Shown here piece after piece: positions 26,150-37,700 of a DNA stretch of 64,000 nt. This DNA is from Vicugna vicugna. Lineage: Eukaryota. Position 1 is the stretch's first letter, and every line of letters begins with the position of its first letter. The notes beneath the pieces were generated by a model, which made no database searches, was not told where the DNA came from, and saw nothing but the letters and a program-made list of their open reading frames with translations. The stretch lies in contig MU058584.1 of assembly GCA_013265495.1 (NCBI GenBank), forward strand, positions 6,476,407 to 6,540,406. Direction: 5' to 3'. The position numbers and the translations under genes are program-made.

Positions 26150-29100
26150 TTTGTGTCTGGCATTTTCCCATCAATATTATCTTTGTGAGACACATCCATA
26201 TTGTGGCATGTAGCAGCAGATATTATTTAATTATATAAATACAACACAATTTATTTATCCATAATACTGTCATTGAATATTTAGGTTATTTGCACTTTCA
26301 GTCTGTTATAAATAGTATTGTTATAATTTTTAAACATTTTTTTTCAGCACATGCTTCATGTATCAAACCATCCTTGCATTCAAGGAATAAATTCCACTTG
26401 GTCCTCACATATAATCCTTTGGATATGCTGCTGAATTTGGTTTGCTAGTATTTTGTTGAGGATTTTTGCATTGATAGTCTTAAGATATATTGGTCTGTAG
26501 TTTTCTCTTCTTGTAGTGTCTTTGTCTGGCTTTTGGTATGTTATGTTTTCATTCTCATTCATCTCTAAGTATTTTCTAATTTCCCTTGTGATTTGGTCTT
26601 TGATCCATTATTTGTTGGTGTGTTTAAATTCCACAAATTTGTGGACTTTCAAGTTTTACTTCTGCTGTTTAGGTCATCCTGTAGTGGTTAGAGAAGATAA
26701 TTTGAATCATATTTGTCTTTTAAAATCTAGTGAGACTTAATTGGTAGCTAACATACAATTTAACCTGAAAAATGCCCCAGGTGCACTTGAGAAGAATGCA
26801 TATGCTTTTATAATTAAGCAGAGTGTTCTGTATGTCTGTTAGATCTTATTGGTTTATTGTGGTAAGTCCTTTATTTCCTTTCTTATCTTCTGTCTGGTGG
26901 TTTTTTTTTTTTTTTAATGGAGGTACTGAGGATTGAACCCAGGACCTCGTGTATGCTAAGCATGCAGCTCTACCACTGAGCTATACCACTCCCCCTCCAG
27001 GTTGTTCTGTTGATTATTGAGAGTAGAGTATTGAAGTCTTCTACTATTATTGTAGAGTTGTCTGTTTCTCCCTTCAATTCTGTCAGTTTTTGCTTCATGT
27101 TTTCCTGGTCTGTCATTAGGTATGTAAATGTTTATAATTGTTACATAGTCTTGATGTATTGAAATTTGATTAATATATAGTGTTCTTCTTTATCTCTTTT
27201 AGCCTATTTTGGCTTAAAGCCTATTTCTCCTGATATTAGTATAGCCACCCTTGCTATCCTTTGGTTACTATTTGCATGGGATATCTTTTTCTATCCTTTC
27301 ACTTTCAATCTATTTGCATCCTTGGATCTAAAGTGAGTTTCTTATAGATGACATATAGTTGGATCATGTGGTTTTATTCTTTTCACAATCTCTATCTGTT
27401 AATTAGAGTTTCAATATATTTACATTTAAAGTAATTACTGACAAAGAGGGATTTATTTCTGTCACTTTGCTATTTGTTTATAGACTTTTTTGTTCCTCAT
27501 TTCCTGCATTACTGTCTTGTTTTGTGTTTGTTGATTTATTGTAGTGAAACATTTATATTTATCTCTCATTTCCTTTTGTGTATATTCTATAGCTATTTTA
27601 TTTGTGATGACCACGGGGATTAAATTTAACATCCTAAAGTTATAACACCTTAATTTGAATTTATACCAGCTTAATTTTGATAACATACAAAAACTCTGCT
27701 TCTTCACAGATCTGTCACTATCTGTTCTAGTTATTGATGTCACAAAGTTACATCTTTCTTGTTGTGTGCCCCAAAACATAAGCCAATAATTCTTTTGAAT
27801 GGATTAATCTCTTAAATTATGTAGAAGACAACATGTAGATGTATAAACCAAAGTTACAGAAATACCAGCTTTTAGACAATAATTTTAAAAATACATTAGT
27901 CTCTTAAATTATGTGGAATTGAGATTAAAGTTACAAACCTTTGTTATGATACTGGCTTTTATAATTGCCCGTGTATTTAACTTTATTGAGATCTTTGTTT
28001 CTTTATTTGGTTTCAATTTATTGTCTAATTGCCTTTCATTTCACCCTTCCTTTGAGCATTTCTTACAGGGACACTCCAGTGGTAATGAAGTCTCTGACTT
28101 CTTATTCATCTGGGAATGTCTTAATTTCTCTCTCACTCTCAAAGACAGTTTTGCTGGATATAGGTTTCTTGGTTGACAGTTCTTTCTTTTGAGCACTTTG
28201 AACATATTGGCCATTTCCTTCTGACCACCAAAATTTTTTATGAGAAAATCTTAATTGAGTATCTTATTGAGTATCTCTGATCATCTTATTGAGTATCTCT
28301 TCTATGTGATAAGCCTGCTGTCTCTTGCTGCTTTCAAGATTCTCTGGTCATCTCTGGCTTTCAAGAGTTTGATTATAATGTGTCTTTGTATGGGTCTGAA
28401 TTCATCTTACTTGGAGCTTGTTGAACTCTTGGATGTTTATATTCATGTCTTTCATCAAATTTGGACAGTTTTCTGCCACTATTTCTTCAATATTCTACCT
28501 GCTCCATTTTCTTTCTCTTCTCCTTCTGGGACTCACAATATATACATGGTCTGCTTGATAGTGTCCCACAGGTCACCTAGGCTCTGTTCAGTTTTCATCC
28601 ATCTTTTTCTTTTTGTTCCTCACATTTCATACTTTCCATTGTCCTATCTTTAAGTTTGCTGATTCTTTTTCTGCCAGCTCAAATCTGCCTTTGAATCTTA
28701 GTGAATTTTTCATTTCAGTTATTTCACTTTTCAGCTCCAGAATTTCTTTTTGGTTTCTTTTTATGTTTTCTATCTGTTTGTTGACATTTCCATTTTGTTT
28801 ATACATCATTTTCTTGAGACCTTTAAGACAGTTGTTTTAATGTCTTTATCTATTAAATATTCCATTAGGTCTTTTGGGGAACATTTTCTGCTTATTTATT
28901 TTACTTTCAATAAGTGATACTTTCTTGTTTTTTTTTTAATGCCTTGTGATTTTTTTTGTTGAAAACTTAATGTTTGAATCTAATAATATGATAACTCTGA
29001 AAATCAGATTCTCCCCTTTCCCCACGGTTTGCTGGGTTTCATTGTTATTTTATTTATTATTTTTGGTTTTTTGATTGTTGTAGACAACCTCTGTTCCAAG

Positions 29101-30800
29101 GATCAGCCAGAGGTGCACACTTAAAATCTTCTCAGGTGTTTTCTGAGGCTTCACCTGTCCCTGGGCATGCATGGTCACTTTCTAATTTCCCCTGTATATG
29201 CAGTTGCTTTTGAATGTCCTAGGCTTTAATTGTGTCTCCCAAAAGTGGGGAAAAAAGAGGAAAATGTAGGGGGAGGAGGGGCACAAGCCATTTAAATCCC
29301 TTGGAAATCACTTCAGTTTGAGGGGAGGAGCTTGCAACAATAGGGGAAATGTAACAATTGTCACCCTCCTCTTTGAACCTCTGTGATCAGAAGCAGTAAT
29401 CAGCAACTACAGCATAGATTCCTGATATTTGGAGAGTAAAGTCCTTTTTACCTACCCTGACTTCCATAAGCTGTGAATAGCTGCTCCAGCCGTATGTGCA
29501 CAGCTGCCTGCCATGGGGCTTAGGGTGGGGGGTGGGTAGTTGCTACTGTGCTAAGAGCTAAAATTGACCTAAATTAACCTCAATTTACTGTCCAAGAATT
29601 CCCTTGAAAGTTACAAGCCTTCAATGTTCTCCAGAGTTTTAAATTAATTACATTAGACAGATTCTGCTAGCAAAATTGTCTCAGTGAGGAGATAGCTTCC
29701 TGGTTCTTCCTACTCCTCCATTGTCCCAGAATTCTCTATACTTCCCATTATTTTTTTCTTCCATGCTTTCATCTGGATATTTTCTTCTGATCTATTTTTC
29801 AGCTCACTAACTCCTTCTTGAGCTGTGTCAAATATCCAGTTAAACTCATGTACTCCATCCTTAAGTTCAGTTGCTGTATTTTTTAGTTCTGTAAATTCCA
29901 TTGGATTTTTATAGCTTCAATGGTGGACCCATTTATTATATATTACTTTGGTTATATTGATTTTTGTTATTTTTAAGTCCATGTCTGCTGCCTCCAACAT
30001 CCGGGCTACCTATTTCTTGTTGTGTATCATTTCTCTTGGTCTTGTTTCATGTGTCTGTTTTGTTTGAATCAAATGCTGGACAATTTGTACGAAAATTATG
30101 GTGACTCTTGATGTCATAATCCTCCAGAGCAGATTCAACCTTTGAAGCCAACAGAGAAGCAAATCAGTTTAATTCAGTCGGAGGTTGAATTCAGTCTTGG
30201 TAAGTTTCCATCTACATCTAAGTTGCTTCCATTCTTAGAGTGTAGCTTTCTATTTTCCTAACAGAGAGTTTGAAGTGTTTCTTGTGGATTCTCCTCCTTG
30301 ATATGTCACGACCTTCAATTTTGGTTTTCTTGGCCCCGTCAGGTTTTCAAAATCACTGGTCTTTTTATCCGCAGTATGCTACACTTTTCAGCCTTTTGCT
30401 CTGTGCAGCTTCATTAGCAAACACTTTGAGGGAAAACTGATGTTAATAGCGGTCTTACTTGTCTCGGTCTCCCTTCTCAATGAAATCTCAGCAATCTCCA
30501 ATTCTAATTTGTCTTCTTCCAAGGCCATCACAAATGTACGAAGCTTTGCTGGATTATCTACTTCTTAGCAGGTACATTTACTTTTTACAGTCTCTTGCTC
30601 TATTCCAAAATGTGGCAGATAGCCCAAGAATAAAGGAAGAATTGAGAAAGTCTGGTTTACTTTAAAAAGCATCCTTGTCTGGAACATGATTTTCAAGTTC
30701 TGGTTGCCTTGGACACTCGTTGATACTTGGGGGTGAGAAGAATGTAATTATTTCAGATTTTCTAGTTGCTCTTGGAGGGAGTACTGTTGGTCTGCTATAA
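26150..30800 (-). mobile_element. LINE-1 block, probably two nested elements (ORF2, ORF1 and 5' remnants)
   Basis: Minus ORF 26380-26562 gives [36 protein letters not shown] (start of the ORF2p RT region). Minus ORFs 28627-28809 and 29710-29901 give two separate ORF1p coiled-coil segments. Confidence 0.9.
26901..26995 (-). mobile_element. tRNA-Ala-derived SINE (Vic-1-like) inserted in L1
   Basis: Poly-T followed by ggaggtactgaggattgaacccaggacctcgtgtatgctaagcatgcagctctaccactgagctatacc; A and B boxes on the minus strand. Confidence 0.9.
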
Positions 30801-30829
30801 GCTTCTACATTGAAAGTGGAAATTTTGAA

Positions 30830-31075
30830 CTTTTATTGAGTATTTACTATTTGCCAGGCACTCTGTTAGATCCTTACTGTATTATTTTACCTTTTTTTTT
30901 TCTCCCAGCAGGATTTTGAGATGCAGAGACTCATAGATTAAGGCTCAGAGGGAGTAAGTAACTTGCTCAAAGTTTTTAATAGGCAGAATCAAGAAATGTA
31001 CCTCCAAAAAAAAGAAAAAAAGGAAAGAAATATACTTACAAGGCTTTTAAAGCCTCTACACTTTCCATCATACTG
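30830..31075 (-). mobile_element. MIR SINE
   Basis: ttattgagtatttactatttgccaggcactctgt...aggctcagagggagtaagtaacttgctcaaag. Confidence 0.75.
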
Positions 31076-32899
31076 AGTTCAATATGGAACATAAGAATAT
31101 CTGGTAATGGCTACAGATTAATGGTAAACTCTGACTTTATGTCATTTGATCCAAAATAACATAAATTTGGGATATCTAAAATCTTCTACAATAATTTTAA
31201 TAAAGAAACTGAGACACTCAACAGTAATAAAAATGAGAGAGGTCACTAAATCTCACCCTTCAAATTTTGAAGGAAATAATTCATACTTCTGGCTTAAAGG
31301 AGCATAAGATGCTCAACAGAAAAAATTCAGAAAGAGGAAAGGATAAGAAGATGAGTAACAGGAAGTTCGTTTTTTTTTTAAGCCACATTATGTTGGGGAG
31401 AAGTGGCTCTGGTATTTTAAATGCAGAGCTGGATACCAGGCTTATGAAAAGCAAAGGAATAGTGACTTAACAAAGTGTTGAAGTAGTAGGTTCATGATCT
31501 GCAAAGTGTTGAAATAATACATTATTTTAGACTTAAAAAATCAGGTTTCTAAATTCCATTATGTAAATTCTTCCTTCGTATCTGTAGTGATGAAAAGCAA
31601 GGAAAGAATGGCAGAAAAACATGACAACTTGGAGTAATGACAACCGCGGGTATTATATACAGTCTTGCCTTTTATATAAGTGTCTCACATACACGTTATC
31701 CCACAGCACCCTTTTGAGGCACGCAAGAAAAGCATGTCACTGAAGTTTGTTACCACTATTTACTGTGGAGCAAAGCTTGAAGTAAGGCAGATCTGAGTGT
31801 GTTTAATGTGGAAAAAATAATTTTAAAGGAGGGTCAGATATGTATACCGAACCAAACAAGTGTAACTGGACAGCAGAAGATGCAACCAGCAAAAGGGAGG
31901 CCTGAGAGAAGAAAAGAGAGAGAGAGATCTGTTTAGAAAATCAGCGATTTATGGGAGGATTCAGGAGAGGAAAGCAGGTGGAGAATGGGCTGTGCGTGGC
32001 TCCAGATTTACGAGAGCAGCAAGCCCCAGAAGGTCATCCAAAGTGGCGCCCCCACTGGGTGTGCTGTAAATAAGCGCTAAGTCAGCTGAAGAGCATTATG
32101 AGTTTTAAATTGGCCAAATTTACCCAGGCCCAAAGCATTTTGTGCCTATCCTGTACGATTCCACCCCGCTTTTGCTTGGCTTAGAAACAGAGCTCTAGGG
32201 CCCAAAGGTTGGGAAGCTTGCAGAGGCAGCAAGCAAGTCGGGGACCTCAGCTCAGATGCCTTCTGTAAGGCCAAGAATCCAGTGAGCAGGCCGGTTCTCT
32301 AATGATCAGAGTGTGATCAATAATCCTCCAGGCTTGAGCTCTTCCGGTGCAAGGTTGGAGGGTCAGCAATGGTCTCCCTGGCAGCTCTGCGTACTGCTGC
32401 TTGCCCAGAACCACTCCCAGTTTTAAGCTTCTTATTCACATGCATCTGCCCATCCTTAAAGGATTTTTCTAAAATAGGAAGATAGCAAGGATTTAGCCTC
32501 CTATTTTTCCATGGAGCCCAAAGGAACCTGTAACCTGGGCCATCTGAAGAAGGTGATTAACAGAGCAGGGGAAGGGAAATAGTATTTGTTAAATAATTTT
32601 GTTTTTTGTTTTTTTCTTTCTTAAGCCTCCCAGCATCCATTCATAGTACTTCTGAATCTGCCTGGTGAGTAAGGTTTGAGTTCCTCAGGTCAGAGAAGGT
32701 ACATTTATATTTCCTCTGAGGGCATTTGGCAAGTCATCCTGACTGCTAATTGTTCGTATGTTTATATAATGTGAATACACTACAATATCATAGCTACACA
32801 CTCACAGGTAACGTTACCTATTCATTTGCTCCAGTGTTACTTAATCTTCAGTTCCAATTGGACAAGCACTCACTGATTACTTAGTGACAGGACTGACAC

Positions 32900-33660
32900 T
32901 AGTTGATAAAATAAGCAAGCCTTAGTGATTACCTGGATAAGCTGGAGGTAGTGTCAAAGAAGGAGGAATTTGGGTAACTCCTAAGTTTCTTAGTGGGGAG
33001 AGGAGAAGCACGGGGAGATTAAGCTGAGTTCAGCTTTGCACATGTGAGTTTAAGGTTTCTTAATCAATGTGCATGTCCAGCTAGAAAATAGCTATTTTTT
33101 TTTCAGGACTTACTATATGATAAGTACTGTGTTAAATGACTTGCATGCATTCTCATTTCATTCTCATGAATATATGTGATAGGATTCAAGGGTTGCCTAT
33201 TGAAATGATGAGTAAACTAAGGCTTAGAGAGGTATGTAACTTGCCCAGTTTGACCAAGGTGACAGTGAGTAATTGGCAAAGTTTAAGATTTAGATATTAG
33301 ACTCATTGACAAACAAGTGGTAGTTAACCCATGAAAATATATGAGACCTACTAGTAACAACCATTTATTGGAAAAGACAGTGAGGATGAAGGATAGGACT
33401 CTGGAGAATATCAGTATTTAAGGAATGAACTGAGGAAAGGGAATATTCTATGAAGATCAAGAAAAAGTGGTCAGGGACGTAGAGAATCAGAAGAATTTTC
33501 AAAAAGAGAGCACTCAGAACTGTCAATTACAGGAGAGGCATTTGGCAAATGAAGTCTGAGAGTACTCATTTTGTGCTAATGTGCTGGTCACTGATGTCTT
33601 TAGCTAAAGCTGGCTCAGTGGCACATGCGAAGTCAGTGTCCGGTGGTTTGAGGGGCAGAT
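32900..33660 (-). mobile_element. LINE-2 fragment with a nested MIR (~33100-33300)
   Basis: L2: tgagttcagctttgcacatgtgagtttaagg. MIR: aaactaaggcttagagaggtatgtaacttgccca. Confidence 0.65.
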
Positions 33661-35248
33661 AGCTCCAGTAAAACTGCACTAGGTCCCAACTGAATACGCT
33701 GGGCCTCCCAGCCTCTGACAAAATGAACCTATTACCAGCTTGCTACTTGGAAATGTGTTTTTAGTCCTATGTCCTTTGATGATTGCAAAATTCCAAAACA
33801 ACTTAATAGGGCTATTGGATGGAGGTAAGGATGTACAGAGAGCATTTACTCGGGCATAAGAGGAATGTTCCTGAAATGCCACTTATGATTACAAGAACCA
33901 GAATTGGAAGAGCAAAGGAGTATTTTTTTCAACGCTTGCATAAAGTCTCTTTCTAGGAAACATTAAAATATGGGAACTCTGCAGAATTTATCTTGCATTC
34001 CACTCTTTTTCTTTGTTTTTTTGTTAATGAATACATACTAAAATGTCAACCATGAGCAGGAGAGCATTTCCACCCCTACAGCTTGTTATTTGCATGAGGA
34101 TGGTGGTGTCTTGTTTGTGTGGCATGGAACCTGTGACCTGTCACATGCGATTACCATGTCAGCTTATGAGTATGTCAGAGAGTACAAGTCCTGGCTTCCA
34201 CCTCAGAGGGGAGACTGCTTCGGGTGGGGATATTCTGTGAGCCAGATGAGGCAGCGTTCTGCCAGCCTCCTGTGCCAGGGAAACCTTGGACAATAATCAG
34301 TACCAAACCTAACTATGACTAGGACCACCCAAGGGAACATGGCGGGGACCCAAACCTCCTTCCTACCTTGGTCTGATCTCTTGGCAAGTTTCCTTGCTAG
34401 TCCCAGCTTTGCTCCCACTTACTTGGGGAAGAATCCAGAAACAGGAGTTATTTTAAAGAGAGTAGGGCAGAAGGAAGGGTTGGAAAGCCACTCTTAGATA
34501 CTGGAAGGATCATGAGGAAGAGGGTTCTGGTTAATTACATCATCCAGGGTGTCACATTTTTAATAAACATTGATTGATGGATGGAAGTCAAAGCAAAAGC
34601 CAAGAAAAGATCTACACATGTTCAGAGATTTTGAGTTAGAAATGCTCTCCTTCCAACTCTTCCCAGAAGGAAGTCACATGGGGAAAGCAAAGTAGTGATT
34701 AGGGAACTAAACAGGCCACAGCGTTCTCTGGGGCCTTCTAAGTTCCCAGGCCAGGCCTGCTGCCTGCCTGGGAGATGAGCGTGTGCTCCCAGCCACAGCT
34801 TCTCCTCTCCTGACATCTTTCTGCCAGATGGTCGTTCTCGAATTCTAGAGGTGCTCAGCCCTCCTGGTTCCTGCAACCTGAGCCCAGAGAACTTTGATCC
34901 ACCAATTTTCCCATCCCTCCACCCCTCTGGCGAGCAGGGCCTGGCGCCTGGACGCAAGGAGAGGCCAGGCTCAGGGACCCTTGGTGCTCTGAGAAGGAGT
35001 TCCCTGGCCCGCCCCTGCATGCCGGGGTAGAGCATCAGCTCCCAGGGTTCTCGAGACAGCCTTCTCCCACCTGGCCAGGTGGCAGCAGGAACCAACACCT
35101 TTCACCATTTACCGGGTGAATGTGCTCTCTGCTTGCTCATGAATCTCCCTGTAGGGTTATCCCGATGGTGTTTAATTACAATCCAGAATCTCAACAAATT
35201 ACAAACGATTTGTGTTAACATAATAAGGGTGTGGATCCAATCCACGAA

Positions 35249-35364
35249 TAATTGCTAATAGAAAAAAAAACAAAATTAATTGCTAATAGTAAAAAAAAAA
35301 AAACATAAAGACCTAAACAAGAAAAAAAAAAAAAACATAAAGACCTAAACAAGAAAAAAAAAAA
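35249..35364. repeat. Two adjacent short tandem duplications with poly-A linkers
   Basis: taattgctaatag at 35249 and 35277; cataaagacctaaacaag at 35304 and 35336. Confidence 0.92.
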
Positions 35365-35399
35365 TCAATTCTGCAGGGTGTATGCCTCTAGGATTTGCT

Positions 35400-37700
35400 T
35401 TCTTGGGGACCCTCCCAGAGCATCCTCTCAGCCCACCCTGCTGTCCCGGGTCTCTGAGGTGAGTTCTGCGCAGGGACTGAGAACTTCGGGGCTTGGTCCC
35501 TGCAGCTGAGGCCTGCGGGGTACCCTGGTAGGAGCCACCCTCTGGAGTGGTGGAGAGTCCTGAGAGCTTTTCGCACAAGATTCCAAAAACAGCGCTCCAG
35601 GTCTGCAAAGGGCCCTGCCGCCTGTCTCCAGACTCTGTCCCAGCCTGGCATCTCCCTTCCCTTGGACACCCTTGGAGTCTGCACCCGAGTTTCAGCTTCT
35701 TCTGGTCTCGGAGGACACTCTGTCCGCCCTCTTCCCCCTACGCAGTCCTCAGATACAACCCGAATTACTGGAGCGGGACTCCCGGCCTCAGGATTCCAGC
35801 GCAGCCGCGGGAGCCGCGCTGCGGAAGCACAACCGTCCCCGCACAGTCGTCTGGTATTTGAGCTCTCGGTCCGGAAGACATTTTGGGAAAACATTGTGCA
35901 TAGAAACTTATATGTATATGTGTATTTGGTCGACAAATGTTAAGCAAATGTGTCTGGTGTTTTTGTTGAAACCGTTAGCATCCTGGTTGGTACTGATGGG
36001 ATTCGTTGATACTATTTAATGTATGACAAGTGGATGATGTTAAGGGAGCGCCTGATTTCTCTGGAAAACACCGTGCAACACAAGTGGAGACGTCCGACTT
36101 TGTTTCCAACTGCCCATAATTTCCCTGTCGCTACCTCTCGGTCACTAACCAGGCCGACGGCACACCCGGGGACAAGGCAACTTTCTCTGCAGGGCTATCT
36201 CCCCTCAAATGACAAGAGATCAATGGGTCTTCCGGGGAAGCAGCAAGTCCAAGGGGTTCCTTATCCAGACTTTAGTCACAAAGGGCAATTCGGTCGGTAG
36301 CAGAGACGAAAAGAAACATTAAATTACAACTGTGTAAATGAGGATGGAGGAGGAGGGAAAAGCTAGGGCCTGCTCCAGTTCTGGGAAGATTCGAAAGGGC
36401 CGACCCGGCTACGGGGACAAAACGAGCAGTGCCTCGAGGGGTGTGGAGCGGAGGCAGGAAAGGCCCTTTCACCTAAGCTCCTGCAGCGGGACGCCGGGTG
36501 AAAACCTCTCTGCGCAATTAAGTCGCGTCCATTCCAGCCAGTGGCACTGACGCGTGTGGCGCTCTGCTTGGGCGCGCAGAGGCAGCGGTGTTGGAAATCT
36601 CTGCGCCGAGCACCCCCTTCCAACTCTCCCTCTGGCTGCGGGCCCACCCGGGGGCGTCGGTCTCCCACCAGCATCCCGCTAGCTCCTCCGCGCAGTTCGC
36701 CGCGGCCCAGACACGGACAGATGTTTACTGCTTTGAGCCCCGACCGCTGGGGAGACGGAGCGACCGGCTCCGCGCACCGCCCGGCGCTGGCGGGGCTCTG
36801 GGCTCCCGGTCGGGGGTGCGAGTGGGCCGGCGGGAGGGCGAGGGGATGGAAAGAGGGGGAGGGAGTGGGTGGACTAATGATGAAAAAGTCTCCTCCATCC
36901 CGGCTCCTTAATTAAATGCATGGAAAGAACCGAGGCGAGCACATCTGGTTTCAATCTGCAGCCCTTTGATGGCATCAAATGTTCTTTTCCTAGATCAGGG
37001 CTGGAAGTTCTGGGCTAACTATGGCCGTTTGGAGCCCAGAAACCATTTACACACACTCGGACCCTTCTTGCCCTCCAGTTGAGCCTCTGGGTTATAGGAG
37101 AAAAAAAAAAGTTTAGTAATCAGGGGAATGAGGGAGTATGTGTTTGTGTGTTTAAATAACATAAAACGCCACAAATAAGCACTTAATATTTTACTTACTC
37201 GTCATATAGTAACTCATTTCTAATGAGACTATTAAAGCTGTTACCAAATTCCAACAGGTCATGAAAAAATCGCTCAGCACCCCTCTGTCCTCCGTCAAGT
37301 TCGGGCTCCGCAGACGGACGACAGAGCATTATCCACAGACTTAGATGGGGGCTCCTCCACCCCTCTCGGTCCTTCCTCCCCTCCCCCTCCCCCCTCGGCA
37401 CCCGGTCTGGACCCTGAACCGCGCAGGAGCCACGGCGACCGCTGGCTCTGCGAGTGCCCCTGTTTCCTCCGCATCTGGGCAGCGCAACCCTCTGGTCTAA
37501 GCGTCGTAGCCTGGGGAAGCGACCTTGGCTGCACCAAAGAGGTTACGAAATTGGCCAGGGTGGGGGAAGGGGAGCAATTGTGACAAACTCTTAAGAGTAC
37601 TTTCTTCCAGCTAAATAAGTATGTAAATTTTCTACTGCCTTGGCCCCGGGATTCCTAGCGGCGGGGAGATTCGAACCGATTCGGCGCCTTCTGGATCTCC
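35400..37700. promoter_or_regulatory. Upstream CpG-rich segments (CpG island-like) of PRRX1
   Basis: High GC with dense CpG, most clearly at 35750-35880, 36390-36940 and 37270-37690; lies 1.6-3.9 kb upstream of the ATG. Confidence 0.75.

Noticed and set aside
27800..28300. Short internal repeats (ctcttaaattatgt twice; atcttattgagtatctct twice)
   Set aside because: Located inside an old L1; most simply subfamily-internal repeats or neutral slippage.
26380..29901. Reverse transcriptase-like and coiled-coil ORFs as an active retroelement or new gene
   Set aside because: Short, interrupted L1 ORF1/ORF2 relics with deletions and a SINE insertion.
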